Source: Candidatus Uhrbacteria bacterium
Lineage (GTDB): Bacteria > Patescibacteriota > Patescibacteriia > JACPHY01
DNA length: 64,000 nucleotides
Reading direction: 5' to 3'
NCBI GenBank assembly: GCA_016188355.1
Contig: JACPHY010000005.1
Coordinates: forward strand, 7,389-71,388
Position 1 is the stretch's first letter, and every line of letters begins with the position of its first letter. The notes beneath the pieces were generated by a model. That model was not told the DNA's origin. It saw only the letters and a list, made by a program, of their open reading frames with translations, and ran no database searches. Shown one piece after another: positions 1-8,974 of the stretch. The translations under genes were made by a program, and so were the position numbers.

Positions 1-1
1 G

Positions 2-808
2 TACACGTTCTGGCTCATTCCTGCCTTTCTCTTCGCACTCCGCGACATCTGGAAACGAAACGACCGCACTCACGCGTTGCTCCTCCTGTGGTTTGCGGTG
101 GGGTTCATCGGATATTCGGCGGCGCGCACAAAATTTGATTGGTATCTCCTGCCCCTCTACCCGGCAGCCGCCATGAGCATTGCCGTATTCCTTCGTGCCG
201 CACGCATGGCCACACAGGATTGGCTGATCGGCGTAGGGCACCTGGCCGCACTCGCCGCATCCATTGCGTATTTCCCCGCACTCTTCCCCGATGGGTCGCG
301 AGCGGACGCCTGGATAGAACGCGCGTACGCACCATTGCTCCATCCGCTCGTTGCCGCGAGTGCAGCCGCCGCCATTTCCATCTGCTGCATCCATGTCGCC
401 CGCCATCGCTGGCCGCACCACCTGGAGCGTATCCTCATGACCATCACGCTCAGCACCGTACTCATCCCTGGCTTCGCCATTACGCTCCACCATCTCCGCG
501 CACGCGGCCCCGAACATCCGTTCGCCGATGTCGCGACGCGCATCGCAGGCACCCACGGCACCCTCGTGAGCTTCGGCCTCGAATACCAACAACAACCCGC
601 CGGGTACTACCTCCTCCGCAGTCGCCTCACGAACGATGTCCGAATCCTCGACGGCCAAAATGACGCTACCCGCACGCTCGCCATGCTCCGCGAACGATCG
701 CCCGCATTCCTCCTGACTCCTCGATCCTCCACGATCCCTCCGAGCATGCACGCCTCCATCGGCGATGCGGAATTATTCGGCGACTTCCTCTTGTGGCGCC
801 GTAAGTGA
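2..808 (+). CDS. ArnT/PMT-like (GT39/GT83) membrane glycosyltransferase, C-terminal part; 5' end lies outside the window
   Basis: The frame is open from nt 2 with no stop before the listed ORF 77..808. The YTFWLIPAFLF...LLLWFAVGFIGYSAARTKFDWYLLPLYPA motif is typical of ArnT-like polyprenyl-phosphate-sugar transferases. It is hydrophobic and multi-TM. Confidence 0.65.
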   Translation, partial: YTFWLIPAFLFALRDIWKRNDRTHALLLLWFAVGFIGYSAARTKFDWYLLPLYPAAAMSIAVFLRAARMATQDWLIGVGHLAALAASIAYFPALFPDGSRADAWIERAYAPLLHPLVAASAAAAISICCIHVARHRWPHHLERILMTITLSTVLIPGFAITLHHLRARGPEHPFADVATRIAGTHGTLVSFGLEYQQQPAGYYLLRSRLTNDVRILDGQNDATRTLAMLRERSPAFLLTPRSSTIPPSMHASIGDAELFGDFLLWRRK

Positions 809-1114
809 TCCTCGCGGCAATGCATGATGCCCGCGATAGTGAAACCAGAGATTCCGAAGGTAAATCAAAAATCCGAGACTGTTGCCCGCAATGAACACCG
901 GGTCGCGGCGCACCATTGAGTACAGGAGAATCAATGCGCCACCCACCAAGGAGAGCCACCAAAATGCGGCGGGAATCACCACCTTCCGCGCGCGCTCCGT
1001 CGCGATCCACTGCACGAAAAACCGTAAAAAAAACGTGAACTGCGCAAATAAGCCGAACCATACCCAAAAATCCCAACCGCGGACGTAGGTCCACATCCAT
1101 GCAATCCCGTTCAT
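773..1114 (-). CDS. small membrane protein with lipid-A-biosynthesis N-terminal (LAB_N) domain
   Basis: The 113-aa protein is Trp/Phe-rich with 3 TM segments (WDFWVWFGLFAQFTFFLRFFVQW). Its start overlaps the stop of GT2 upstream, and it converges on and overlaps the ArnT-like gene by ~36 nt. This is typical of GtrA/LAB_N partners of GT2 enzymes. Confidence 0.55.
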   Translation of the reverse strand: MNGIAWMWTYVRGWDFWVWFGLFAQFTFFLRFFVQWIATERARKVVIPAAFWWLSLVGGALILLYSMVRRDPVFIAGNSLGFLIYLRNLWFHYRGHHALPRGSLTAPQEEVAE

Positions 1115-2064
1115 AACTGCTTCTGTAGGACCTCTGCGATGGGCAACGGCGTTTCCCGCTCCCGCCCAAGGATGAGGAGATCCGCGAGAAATCCCGTGGT
1201 CACAACCTGAACCCCGAGGACCATGAGCAGCACCCCGAGCAACAGTAACGGACGGCCGCCGATCTGTTCTCCCGAAAACCAGAGCATGGCGAGAGAGAGG
1301 TTGATCACCATGCCGAGGAGCAACAGTACGCCCCCCACTGCACCAAAAAAATGCGCGGGGCGATTGCGGAATCGGAAGAGCAGCGCCACGGTGCCGAGAT
1401 CAAAGAGCCCGCGGAACATACGACGAAGCCCCGTGCGGCCGTACTTCGATGCGCCAAACTGCCGCGTGCGATGATGCACCGGCATCTCCGCCACCCGAAA
1501 TCCTTGCATGGCGGCAAGCGCGGGAATCATCCGATAGAGGTCACCGCGGAGCGGCAGTGCGTCCACTACCTCGCGACGCAACACACGGATGCCGCAGTTT
1601 TGATCATGGAGACGCACGCCGGAGAGCGATCCCAATGCCGCATTGAACAAACGTGAGGACCACACCTTCACGCGCGGATCATGACGGTTCACCTTCCAGC
1701 CGATCACGCAATCGTACTCCTGAAGCTTGGCGAACATCTTCGGGAGTTCGACGGGATCATCCTGGAGATCCGCATCCAGCGTCGCGAGCACCTCGCCGCG
1801 CGCAGTTCGGAAACCAGCTGCATAGGCAGTCGCCTTTCCAAAATTCCTTCGCAAGCGCACCCCAATGACCCGTGGATCCTGCTCCGCGAGCGCGCGCAGC
1901 ACTGCCCAGGAGCTATCCGTGGATCCATCATCAACCCAAACGAACTCCGTCGCAGCCGGTTCGCGCTCATCCAACGGAAACACCACCGCCAACTCCGCAT
2001 GGAGCTGCGTAAGCGATTCGGCTTCGTTATAGACCGGAATGATGATGGAGCGCATGGGGGGCAA
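1111..2064 (-). CDS. GT2 family polyprenyl-phosphate glycosyltransferase (DPM1/ArnC/GtrB-like)
   Basis: IIIPVYNEAESL...VDDGSTD...DADLQD GT-A motifs are present, with C-terminal TM helices. Confidence 0.85.
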   Translation of the reverse strand: MPPMRSIIIPVYNEAESLTQLHAELAVVFPLDEREPAATEFVWVDDGSTDSSWAVLRALAEQDPRVIGVRLRRNFGKATAYAAGFRTARGEVLATLDADLQDDPVELPKMFAKLQEYDCVIGWKVNRHDPRVKVWSSRLFNAALGSLSGVRLHDQNCGIRVLRREVVDALPLRGDLYRMIPALAAMQGFRVAEMPVHHRTRQFGASKYGRTGLRRMFRGLFDLGTVALLFRFRNRPAHFFGAVGGVLLLLGMVINLSLAMLWFSGEQIGGRPLLLLGVLLMVLGVQVVTTGFLADLLILGRERETPLPIAEVLQKQL

Positions 2065-2102
2065 TGGCTGTACCGTACCGGATTTCGCTTTCTATGGAAA
2101 AC

Positions 2103-2128
2103 GGCCACCCCCAATGTTGGGGGTGGCC
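2103..2128 (-). terminator. rho-independent terminator after the purine operon
   Basis: A 12-bp perfect stem GGCCACCCCCAA/TTGGGGGTGGCC with a 2-nt loop. It lies directly after the kinase stop (2141) on the minus strand and is followed by a T-rich tract on that strand. Confidence 0.7.
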
Positions 2129-2140
2129 GCAGATCATTCG

Positions 2141-2515
2141 TTACCGGAATCGATCGATGGACGCGATCGCCGCCGCGAGCACCTGCTCTGATGACGGCGC
2201 TGCGTCAATGACCGCGCACTGCTGCATCCCGATCCGCTCCGCGACCATGCGAAATCGTTCACGGTAGTACGTGAGGTCGGCCACGGTATGATACCGCTCG
2301 CTGAGGTCCTTCCCCGCCTGCATCAAGCGCGCTCGAGATACGTCCACCGGTGCATCCAGGATGAGGTAGTGCTCGCCCGCAATCGGCTGCAGCAGGAGAT
2401 CGTCCGTCATCTTGGTGGGAAGACCCCGATCCGCGACATCGTACCCGCGCGCACGGAGTGCTGCGACGAGCGTTGATTTTCCGGTGCCGTCATTCCCATC
2501 GACCACAATCTTCAT
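2141..2515 (-). CDS. small P-loop NTPase, nucleotide-kinase-like (124 aa)
   Basis: An internal start MKIVVDGNDGTGKST (Walker A) was chosen within ORF 2141..2701. Its ATG overlaps the rdgB stop (ATGA). HYLILDAP looks like a Walker B. Only the kinase core is present; substrate unknown. Confidence 0.5.
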   Translation of the reverse strand: MKIVVDGNDGTGKSTLVAALRARGYDVADRGLPTKMTDDLLLQPIAGEHYLILDAPVDVSRARLMQAGKDLSERYHTVADLTYYRERFRMVAERIGMQQCAVIDAAPSSEQVLAAAIASIDRFR

Positions 2516-3243
2516 CAGACACCCGTGCGCAATTGCTTCCCGAGCCACACCGTGAACTCCTGGAGCGCCTGCTTGCGGTGACTGAGGAGATTCTTCCGCA
2601 CGGAATCGATCTCTGCCCAGGTCTTCCCGAACGATCGCTCGCTCGCGAAGATGGGATCGTAGCCGAAGCCGTTCGTGCCCCGCGTCTCCGTGGTGATCCA
2701 TCCGCTCACCTCACCATGGAACCGCGCAACCATATTGCCATCGGTGTCCGCCACCACGAGAAGGATCACGAATTTCGCAGCGCGGTGGGCAGGGTCGATA
2801 TGCGACATGAGCTCGAGGACGCGCGCATTGTTCGCGGCGTCCATTGCTTCACGCGGCCGCTCGCTGGGACGATACGTTCGCACGCGCCGTCGTGACGCGT
2901 CGAGATCGTAGTCACTGAACCGCGCCGACCACGGCCCCGGCAACCCCCCGAGCGCCGGGATCACGATCCCCGAATCCTCGCTGATCGTCATCAGTTGCGC
3001 CGCACGAGTGGCAGCGTTCGCCTCCATCGAGGACAACCCGGAGCATTGGTACAGCTCACGCACGGTATTCCCGACATGGAGTCCGTACGCGCGCGCCTTG
3101 ATCGCCGCATTTTCCGCGAAGGTCGTCCCCGTCTCTTCGGGATCGATGGGGTCGGTGACCACGAGCGGAATTTGGAGCGGACCGAGCACGCTCGCAAGCT
3201 CCCGCACCTTGTACTGATTCGTCGTACCCAGATAGAACTTCAT
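2515..3243 (-). CDS. rdgB: RdgB/Ham1 non-canonical purine NTP pyrophosphatase (dITP/XTP)
   Basis: MKFYLGTTNQYKVRE...FGYDPIF...SFAE...KNLLSHR Ham1 motifs. The start was placed at the M directly after the upstream stop (3240). Confidence 0.85.
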   Translation of the reverse strand: MKFYLGTTNQYKVRELASVLGPLQIPLVVTDPIDPEETGTTFAENAAIKARAYGLHVGNTVRELYQCSGLSSMEANAATRAAQLMTISEDSGIVIPALGGLPGPWSARFSDYDLDASRRRVRTYRPSERPREAMDAANNARVLELMSHIDPAHRAAKFVILLVVADTDGNMVARFHGEVSGWITTETRGTNGFGYDPIFASERSFGKTWAEIDSVRKNLLSHRKQALQEFTVWLGKQLRTGV

Positions 3244-4250
3244 CGCACACCTCCGGACATCAGCGAGGCCAGCAGATTCCACTTCCGAACGACATCATCG
3301 CTGCTCCCTCCGGATCGCCAGACATCTTTGTCGAGCATGCCGAGATCGAGGTGCCGGAAACGTCCACAGTCCGGGGAGAGTTCGCCATACACGAGCCCGC
3401 CGTCCTCCGCGATGAACATGCAGAGATCGTAGAACACGATGTCCTTGGTGGCGAGAAACTCCGCGATCGTCTTCGCCGCGAGGAACGCCGTCCGCCGCGC
3501 CTTCGCCACATCGATGAACCAATCCGCGATTTGGTCGGGAAGCATCTGGTCCGCGACTCGGCTGGCCCACGGCAGGAGCTGCTGCCAGTACGCGCGGTCG
3601 CGGACCGCATTGATCCGTTTCTCCGTCGCATTCGCCCCTTCCAGCGCATCCACGATTTGTACGGTCACCTGTTCTCCGCGCTTCTGATCCCTGAGCGGAT
3701 TCCGCCAGTCGAACCGGACGACCATTTCCGGAAATGCGCCTTCCGCGGTGATTGGCATGCCCGCGTAGAACGGATGACTCTCGCGCACGCGCGTGTCCGC
3801 GAGCCCGATGCACCCATGCTTCGTGGTTCCCGTGAGGAACTGCTTCACGATGATCTCGATGGGCGGCGCCTTCGGAAGCGCCGCGATCGCTGCGGTGTCG
3901 AGATCCGGCGGGACGAAGGCGGGAAGTCCATACTTCCGAAACTCCGCCGCATGCGGCATGACGAGATCCGCGAGCACCCATTGGTCCGTCACCTCGCGAT
4001 ACGCGTGACGGATGCCCACCGCACGAAGCACGTCCACGAAGATGGACGATGCCCACAGCCGCGGCACCTCGGATCCCGGGACCTGCGCGCAACGGTTTTC
4101 GGTGAATGAGTAGATCGACGGCAGGAATTTGATGACCACCTGCCCATTCCCGAGATACCGTACCTCCTTACTCTCGCCCCGGATCACCAAGGGGAGCCCC
4201 TGGAAATCCGCTTCGGTGAAGCCCCGAAACCATCCGTCGGTCGACACCAT
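3240..4250 (-). CDS. purC: SAICAR synthetase family protein (PurC-like, long form with insertion)
   Basis: RGESKEVRYL (GKAK-like), IVKQFLTGTTKH and IVFYDLCMFIAEDGGLVYGELSPDCGRF are collinear with PurC motifs. A GGAGGG SD lies between the purA stop and its ATG. Confidence 0.65.
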   Translation of the reverse strand: MVSTDGWFRGFTEADFQGLPLVIRGESKEVRYLGNGQVVIKFLPSIYSFTENRCAQVPGSEVPRLWASSIFVDVLRAVGIRHAYREVTDQWVLADLVMPHAAEFRKYGLPAFVPPDLDTAAIAALPKAPPIEIIVKQFLTGTTKHGCIGLADTRVRESHPFYAGMPITAEGAFPEMVVRFDWRNPLRDQKRGEQVTVQIVDALEGANATEKRINAVRDRAYWQQLLPWASRVADQMLPDQIADWFIDVAKARRTAFLAAKTIAEFLATKDIVFYDLCMFIAEDGGLVYGELSPDCGRFRHLDLGMLDKDVWRSGGSSDDVVRKWNLLASLMSGGVR

Positions 4251-4259
4251 GCGTCCCTC

Positions 4260-5561
4260 CTACGGCACGATCGTGCACGGAATGAATGCGTCCCGATCCG
4301 CACCGATGCCGATACCGGAAACGGGTACCCCCGCGCTCTTTGCGATGTGCTCGAGATAGCGCACTGCGGTATCCGGAAGCGCATCGATCGTCCGCGCCTC
4401 GGTCACGTCACCCTCCCACCCCGCATGCGCACGCAGGTGGGGTCGCGCGCCCCGAAGCACCGTACCCGTGAGCGCGCCTGGATTCGTCTCCACGACGCCG
4501 TCGAACACGTATCCATCGCACGTGGCGAGCGCACCGAAGTTGGAGAGGACATCGAGTTTCGTCACGACGAGTTCCGTCACGCCACCCACGCGACAGGCGT
4601 GTCGCAGCGCAACGGTGTCGAGCCAGCCGCAACGACGCGGCCGCCCGGTCGTCGTGCCGTACTCGTGGCCGCGCTCCCGCAACTGCTCACCCAGCACATC
4701 GGCCAGCTCGGTCGGAAACGGACCTCCCCCCACGCGCGTTGCATATGCCTTCGTCACGCCGACGACGCGCTCGAACTGATACACCCCGAAGGACATGCTC
4801 ACGCCCGCGGCAGTGCAGGAGGACGACGTCGTATACGGACGCGATCCGTGATACGTGTCGAGGAGCACACCCTGCGCTCCCTCGAACACCACCTCCGCAT
4901 CATGATCGATGAGACCCCACACCATCTTTCGGGTGTCCTGGAGGTACGGTGCGAATCGTTTCCCGTGCTCCGCACACCACGCGATCGTCGCATCGAGCGA
5001 ATAGGGGTCGAGCTCCATGTCGGGTACCGTCGCGGGTCCCCCATGCTGGCGAGCGATCGCGCAGAGCTCCGCGAAGTACCCACCTTCGGTAAGTACCGCG
5101 CGGATATCCGCCGGTACCCGGAGGTCGCCCAGACTGAGGCTGCGTCGCAACCAGAAATCGCTCGCCGCAGGACCGATGCCGCGCTTCGTCGTACCGATTG
5201 CATTCCCTCCGGCCGACGTTTCCCGCGCCGCATCGATGATGCGGTGGATCGGGAGCACGATCGGCGCGGAGTGATCGAGGAATACCTTCGCCCCACATCG
5301 TTCCGCGATCGCGAGCTCCGCCGCACCCACATCGCAATCGAAGAGGACGCCCGGACCCACGAAGTTCTCCATCCCCGCACGAACGATGCCGCTCGGGAGG
5401 AGATGGAGCGCCGTCTTCTGGCCGCCCACCACAAGGGTATGTCCCGCATTCGCGCCGCCCTGGTATCGAACGACCGCCTGCGCGGTGGCCGCGTATCGAT
5501 CGACGACCTTTCCTTTTCCTTCATCGCCCCACTGCGCGCCGACCACGACCGTTGTTCCCAT
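4260..5561 (-). CDS. purA: adenylosuccinate synthetase
   Basis: N-terminal VVVGAQWGDEGKGK...GGANAGHT...TTKRGIGP motifs; 433 aa. Confidence 0.92.
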   Translation of the reverse strand: MGTTVVVGAQWGDEGKGKVVDRYAATAQAVVRYQGGANAGHTLVVGGQKTALHLLPSGIVRAGMENFVGPGVLFDCDVGAAELAIAERCGAKVFLDHSAPIVLPIHRIIDAARETSAGGNAIGTTKRGIGPAASDFWLRRSLSLGDLRVPADIRAVLTEGGYFAELCAIARQHGGPATVPDMELDPYSLDATIAWCAEHGKRFAPYLQDTRKMVWGLIDHDAEVVFEGAQGVLLDTYHGSRPYTTSSSCTAAGVSMSFGVYQFERVVGVTKAYATRVGGGPFPTELADVLGEQLRERGHEYGTTTGRPRRCGWLDTVALRHACRVGGVTELVVTKLDVLSNFGALATCDGYVFDGVVETNPGALTGTVLRGARPHLRAHAGWEGDVTEARTIDALPDTAVRYLEHIAKSAGVPVSGIGIGADRDAFIPCTIVP

Positions 5562-5564
5562 GAT

Positions 5565-6710
5565 TCAATGCCCCTTGTTCTGGTGATTCCCTTCCGTGAG
5601 GAAGGTACGGAGAATGGTGTCATGCGAACCCACGAAACGATCAGGGGATCCCACTGCATCCATGAGCAACGCTCGGGAAACGATCGCCGCATGGCCCTCA
5701 CGCGTTACTCCCCACCGCTGCACGGTGGACGCGATATGCGCGAACGTGCACTCGGGAATCTCCGCATGAAATACGTGACTCGCATACATGCCGGGATACT
5801 GTCGCCCTTCGAGCGCGAAGGAGCGCCACGGCTGGAGACGCTCCTCGATGGCCGCAACCACGCTCCTATCCGCAAGCTCCTCCCGGAGTTCGCGGCAAAG
5901 CGCGGGCCGCGGAAGCTCACTCGCATCCACCGAACCTCCGAAGCAGCAGTATCGCCCCCGACATGCCGCGACGGGATGATTCTCCCCCTTCACCTGCACG
6001 AGGAACTGGTCGCCGCTCCAAATGATCGCTACCGCTCCTACTGCTCCACATGCCGCCGCTGCGCGCTGCACCACCGTATCCGGATGCGCAACGTGCAGTT
6101 GCGCCAGCAGCGCGCTCATCGGCATGAGGTGTGCGGGGTCTTCGAGCGCCGCGCGGTTCGTCACGAGGAGCGTCGAACTGGCGAGGAGACGATCAATGAT
6201 TGTGAGTCCGTTGGCCGCGATGGTCGCGCCTGTTTCCACGCAATCGAGCACCAGATCCGCGATGCCGGGTGCGTATGCCTCGGTCGCTCCACGCGTCGAC
6301 AGGATGATGTGCGCGAGTCCGCGATCAAACGCCCACCGCGACGCAATCCCCTCGTATTCCGTAGCGATGACGAGCGGGCGCGGCGGCAGATGCGCGAGGA
6401 GATCACTCCCCTGCGCTGCTGCAACCACGAGCTCCACCGGGTTCGTCCCGAAGTCAAAGAGCGGCACCACAGAATCGTATGCCGCATCCTCCACGCAATC
6501 CCGCCCCGTCACGCCAAGCACCGAAAACCCATGCGCCACAAGCTGTGGAATCGCACGCGCCTTGAACAGCGTCGCCGTCCATGCAGGATCGCTCACCTGG
6601 AGATGGAGCGATCGCGGATTGGATTGCTGGAACTGTATCCCTGCATTCGCCAGCACTTCCCGTACGCCTTCGAAGAGTCGCCCCTTCGGGAGCGCCAATG
6701 ATACGGCCAT
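5565..6710 (-). CDS. hisG: ATP phosphoribosyltransferase (short HisG) fused to a C-terminal Nudix hydrolase domain
   Basis: N-terminus LALPKGRL...DLVLDCVETGATIAANGL matches the HisG core. The C-terminal ~160 aa carries a Nudix box GGSVDASELPRPALCRELREELAD. A 3-nt gap separates it from purA. Confidence 0.7.
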   Translation of the reverse strand: MAVSLALPKGRLFEGVREVLANAGIQFQQSNPRSLHLQVSDPAWTATLFKARAIPQLVAHGFSVLGVTGRDCVEDAAYDSVVPLFDFGTNPVELVVAAAQGSDLLAHLPPRPLVIATEYEGIASRWAFDRGLAHIILSTRGATEAYAPGIADLVLDCVETGATIAANGLTIIDRLLASSTLLVTNRAALEDPAHLMPMSALLAQLHVAHPDTVVQRAAAACGAVGAVAIIWSGDQFLVQVKGENHPVAACRGRYCCFGGSVDASELPRPALCRELREELADRSVVAAIEERLQPWRSFALEGRQYPGMYASHVFHAEIPECTFAHIASTVQRWGVTREGHAAIVSRALLMDAVGSPDRFVGSHDTILRTFLTEGNHQNKGH

Positions 6711-6778
6711 CTGCTTCCCTCATTTCTCCCATGAATTAGGAACGAACAGCAGCGCCGCGGGAATCGCAACGCATCCGA

Positions 6779-6808
6779 ACTGTACGCAATACAAACAAAT
6801 ATGTCAAT
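6779..6808 (-). promoter_or_regulatory. candidate sigma70 promoter of the hisG-Nudix/pur operon (minus strand: TTGACA-N18-TACAGT)
   Basis: On the minus strand the sequence reads cTATTGACAtatttgtttgtattgcgTACAGT, about 70 nt upstream of the ATG at 6710. Confidence 0.4.
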
Positions 6809-6861
6809 AGAGCGTACATTTTGTACGATTGACCCAATAGCAGCACCGCGTCATCCGCAGC

Positions 6862-7968
6862 TCAGGAGCGATCTGACCATGTTCGATCGATCCGAATACC
6901 CATGCGCTCCATATCCGCGAGGAGCGGCTCAGGATCCACGAAATTCCCCATGGCGAACAGTCCCGATTGATGCTGCGCGAGGTACTGGCGAATGCACGCA
7001 ATCACCGGGATCGCGGTGAACGCGAACGGATCCGCATGCTCTGCCCGAATCCGAAGACGACGTGCCCGACCCTGCACTTGTCCTTCCGCGTCGACGAGAA
7101 ACACGATGCCGGGAGCTCCGCGCAGGAATCGATTCGCACAACGAACGAACCATCGAGCAAAGGTGCGGCGCCCCCATCCAGGACGAATGCGATACGCGAT
7201 CATCGCGATGGGCATGAGTGCCATGAGCAGAAGATCGGTCGGCCCCCCGAATCCACCAACGACCGTCATCACCTTACGGAGACCAAGCGATTCGGGAACC
7301 GTGCGAAGCTCGGGCATGTCGATGGGATAGCATCGCTGCGTTCCGAATGGCGCACCAAAATCCACGAGATGCGCATCGCGGTACGTCGACGCGCGCCAAT
7401 GCCCATCCGCAAAAATTTCTGGAAGTCCTGCCGCGAGCATGTCCACAATCTCCACCGCAGACTCTTCCGTACGGAATCGCGCACGCATGGCCATGGCTAC
7501 CACCGCGGCATCATATCGGTCGAAGGAGGATGCAGCAGCACGCACGAATGCGGCCGGCAAACCCGGATGGAATCCCGCCTGCACAATGAAACATCGGCCC
7601 GCGTCACGCACCTCCGCTGCACGCGAGGCGAGTACATGCTGCGTGCTGCAATCCACATAATCCACGCCCATGCGGATACACGCGTCGGCAAGTCGAGGAA
7701 TCGCGGCGGTCGCCGTGGTGACCTGCACCACCAATGTGTAGCCACGCAGCACCGGGTCGAGATCATCATGGGCGAGGTCGACCACACACCCCGCCACCCG
7801 ATCCGACGCAAAAGCACGAAGCTGCGCCACCATCGCGGCCACTCGTTCCTGCGAACGGCCCGCAACCGTCACCCGCACATTCGTCTCGCGGAGTAGCAAC
7901 TCCGCAATGAGTGCGCCAACGCCACCCGTACCGCCCACCACCAGGCACCGAGGAACCGATGTCTCCAT
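6862..7968 (-). CDS. saccharopine dehydrogenase-like NAD(P)-binding protein
   Basis: N-terminal Rossmann CLVVGGTGGVGALIAELLL and overall Sacchrp_dh-like layout. Confidence 0.7.
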   Translation of the reverse strand: METSVPRCLVVGGTGGVGALIAELLLRETNVRVTVAGRSQERVAAMVAQLRAFASDRVAGCVVDLAHDDLDPVLRGYTLVVQVTTATAAIPRLADACIRMGVDYVDCSTQHVLASRAAEVRDAGRCFIVQAGFHPGLPAAFVRAAASSFDRYDAAVVAMAMRARFRTEESAVEIVDMLAAGLPEIFADGHWRASTYRDAHLVDFGAPFGTQRCYPIDMPELRTVPESLGLRKVMTVVGGFGGPTDLLLMALMPIAMIAYRIRPGWGRRTFARWFVRCANRFLRGAPGIVFLVDAEGQVQGRARRLRIRAEHADPFAFTAIPVIACIRQYLAQHQSGLFAMGNFVDPEPLLADMERMGIRIDRTWSDRS

Positions 7969-8169
7969 ATATCCCCACCATAAAGGAAATACCCGCCCTC
8001 TTCGAGAAGGGGGGCACTAAAACCTCCGGCCACTCTCCCGCGATGCTACCTGCTACCGTAGCTGCGCTTTCCCGATGCCCACACTATCTCCAAGAGCATA
8101 CCGGAGGAACACCATGCCCGTTTCCCCATGCAATACGAGCCGCCGCCGAGTGTTTCGTTACAAAAAATT

Positions 8170-8196
8170 CGTCCGTCCTCACGAAGAGGACGGACG
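8170..8196 (-). terminator. rho-independent terminator
   Basis: CGTCCGTCCTC-acgaa-GAGGACGGACG, followed by T-run on the minus strand; just downstream of the gene ending at 8202. Confidence 0.65.
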
Positions 8197-8201
8197 ATGC
8201 G

Positions 8202-8780
8202 TCATGGAGCTACGGGAACGGGCATCGCAGGGGCAGGCGTCGGTGGATCGTCGGGTGCCGCGTGCCAGTCGAAGCAGTCGGCCCAGGCGATCAATGCGAC
8301 ATGATCGATGATGACATCGCCATCCGCCGTGAACTTCCCCACACACGGGAGCGCCAGCTCATGCTTCTGCAGCGCACCAATGATCCGCCGCAGCATGGGG
8401 CGGTCGAGACTGCCTCCCATGCGCTCGACGATCACCATCTCCGCATGCCCATCGCATTTCGGAATACGTACGCGATCTGTGGTGAGCGGGCCGGGAATGC
8501 CATGCGCTCGCCAGAGCTGCGCACCCAACCATTCCGTGTAGCCGACGATGCCTGCATGCACCGTTGCTTCCAATTCATGTCGGTGGGACACACGGAGCAG
8601 CTCGGGATCCAAGGAGTCCGGATAGGTTTGGAGATCCGCATCCGTCCGCAGCTGCACCAGCAGTGCACCGAATGCGGAGGGACACAACTCCGACAGCTGC
8701 CGCACGAGTGCAAATTGTTCTTTCCTCAGCGCCTGCAAGAGACGACCACGATAATCGACGCCAGAATCATTGGGCTTCAT
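8202..8780 (-). CDS. hypothetical protein
   Basis: Listed ORF 8202..8981 would overlap the rpoC 3' end and its terminator. The internal start MKPNDSG has a GGAGGAG SD, so 8780 is preferred. No family recognised. Confidence 0.4.
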   Translation of the reverse strand: MKPNDSGVDYRGRLLQALRKEQFALVRQLSELCPSAFGALLVQLRTDADLQTYPDSLDPELLRVSHRHELEATVHAGIVGYTEWLGAQLWRAHGIPGPLTTDRVRIPKCDGHAEMVIVERMGGSLDRPMLRRIIGALQKHELALPCVGKFTADGDVIIDHVALIAWADCFDWHAAPDDPPTPAPAMPVPVAP

Positions 8781-8927
8781 CTTCTCCTCCATTTCACCAA
8801 TGCGCGAACGGGCAACCGTCGGAACCGTACCAAAAGTCCCATACGAAGTCAAGATGCCCATTCGCGAAAGACTAGACAAAACGGACCTCTCTACGAGGTT
8901 CGGCATCTTCCATTGCTCCGCAATACC

Positions 8928-8959
8928 ACAACACCCCGACCATGTGGTCAGGGTGTTGT
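8928..8959 (-). terminator. rho-independent terminator after rpoC
   Basis: Hairpin ACAACACCC-cGACCAtgTGGTCa-GGGTGTTGT lies 16 nt after the rpoC stop on the minus strand, followed by T-rich sequence. Confidence 0.6.
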
Positions 8960-8974
8960 ACGAGCTGCCTTCGG

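Noticed and set aside
4347-6701. 784-aa plus-strand ORF spanning purA and hisG-Nudix
   Set aside because: R/H/P-rich and low complexity. It lies entirely on the opposite strand of two well-supported genes, which is a typical high-GC artefact.
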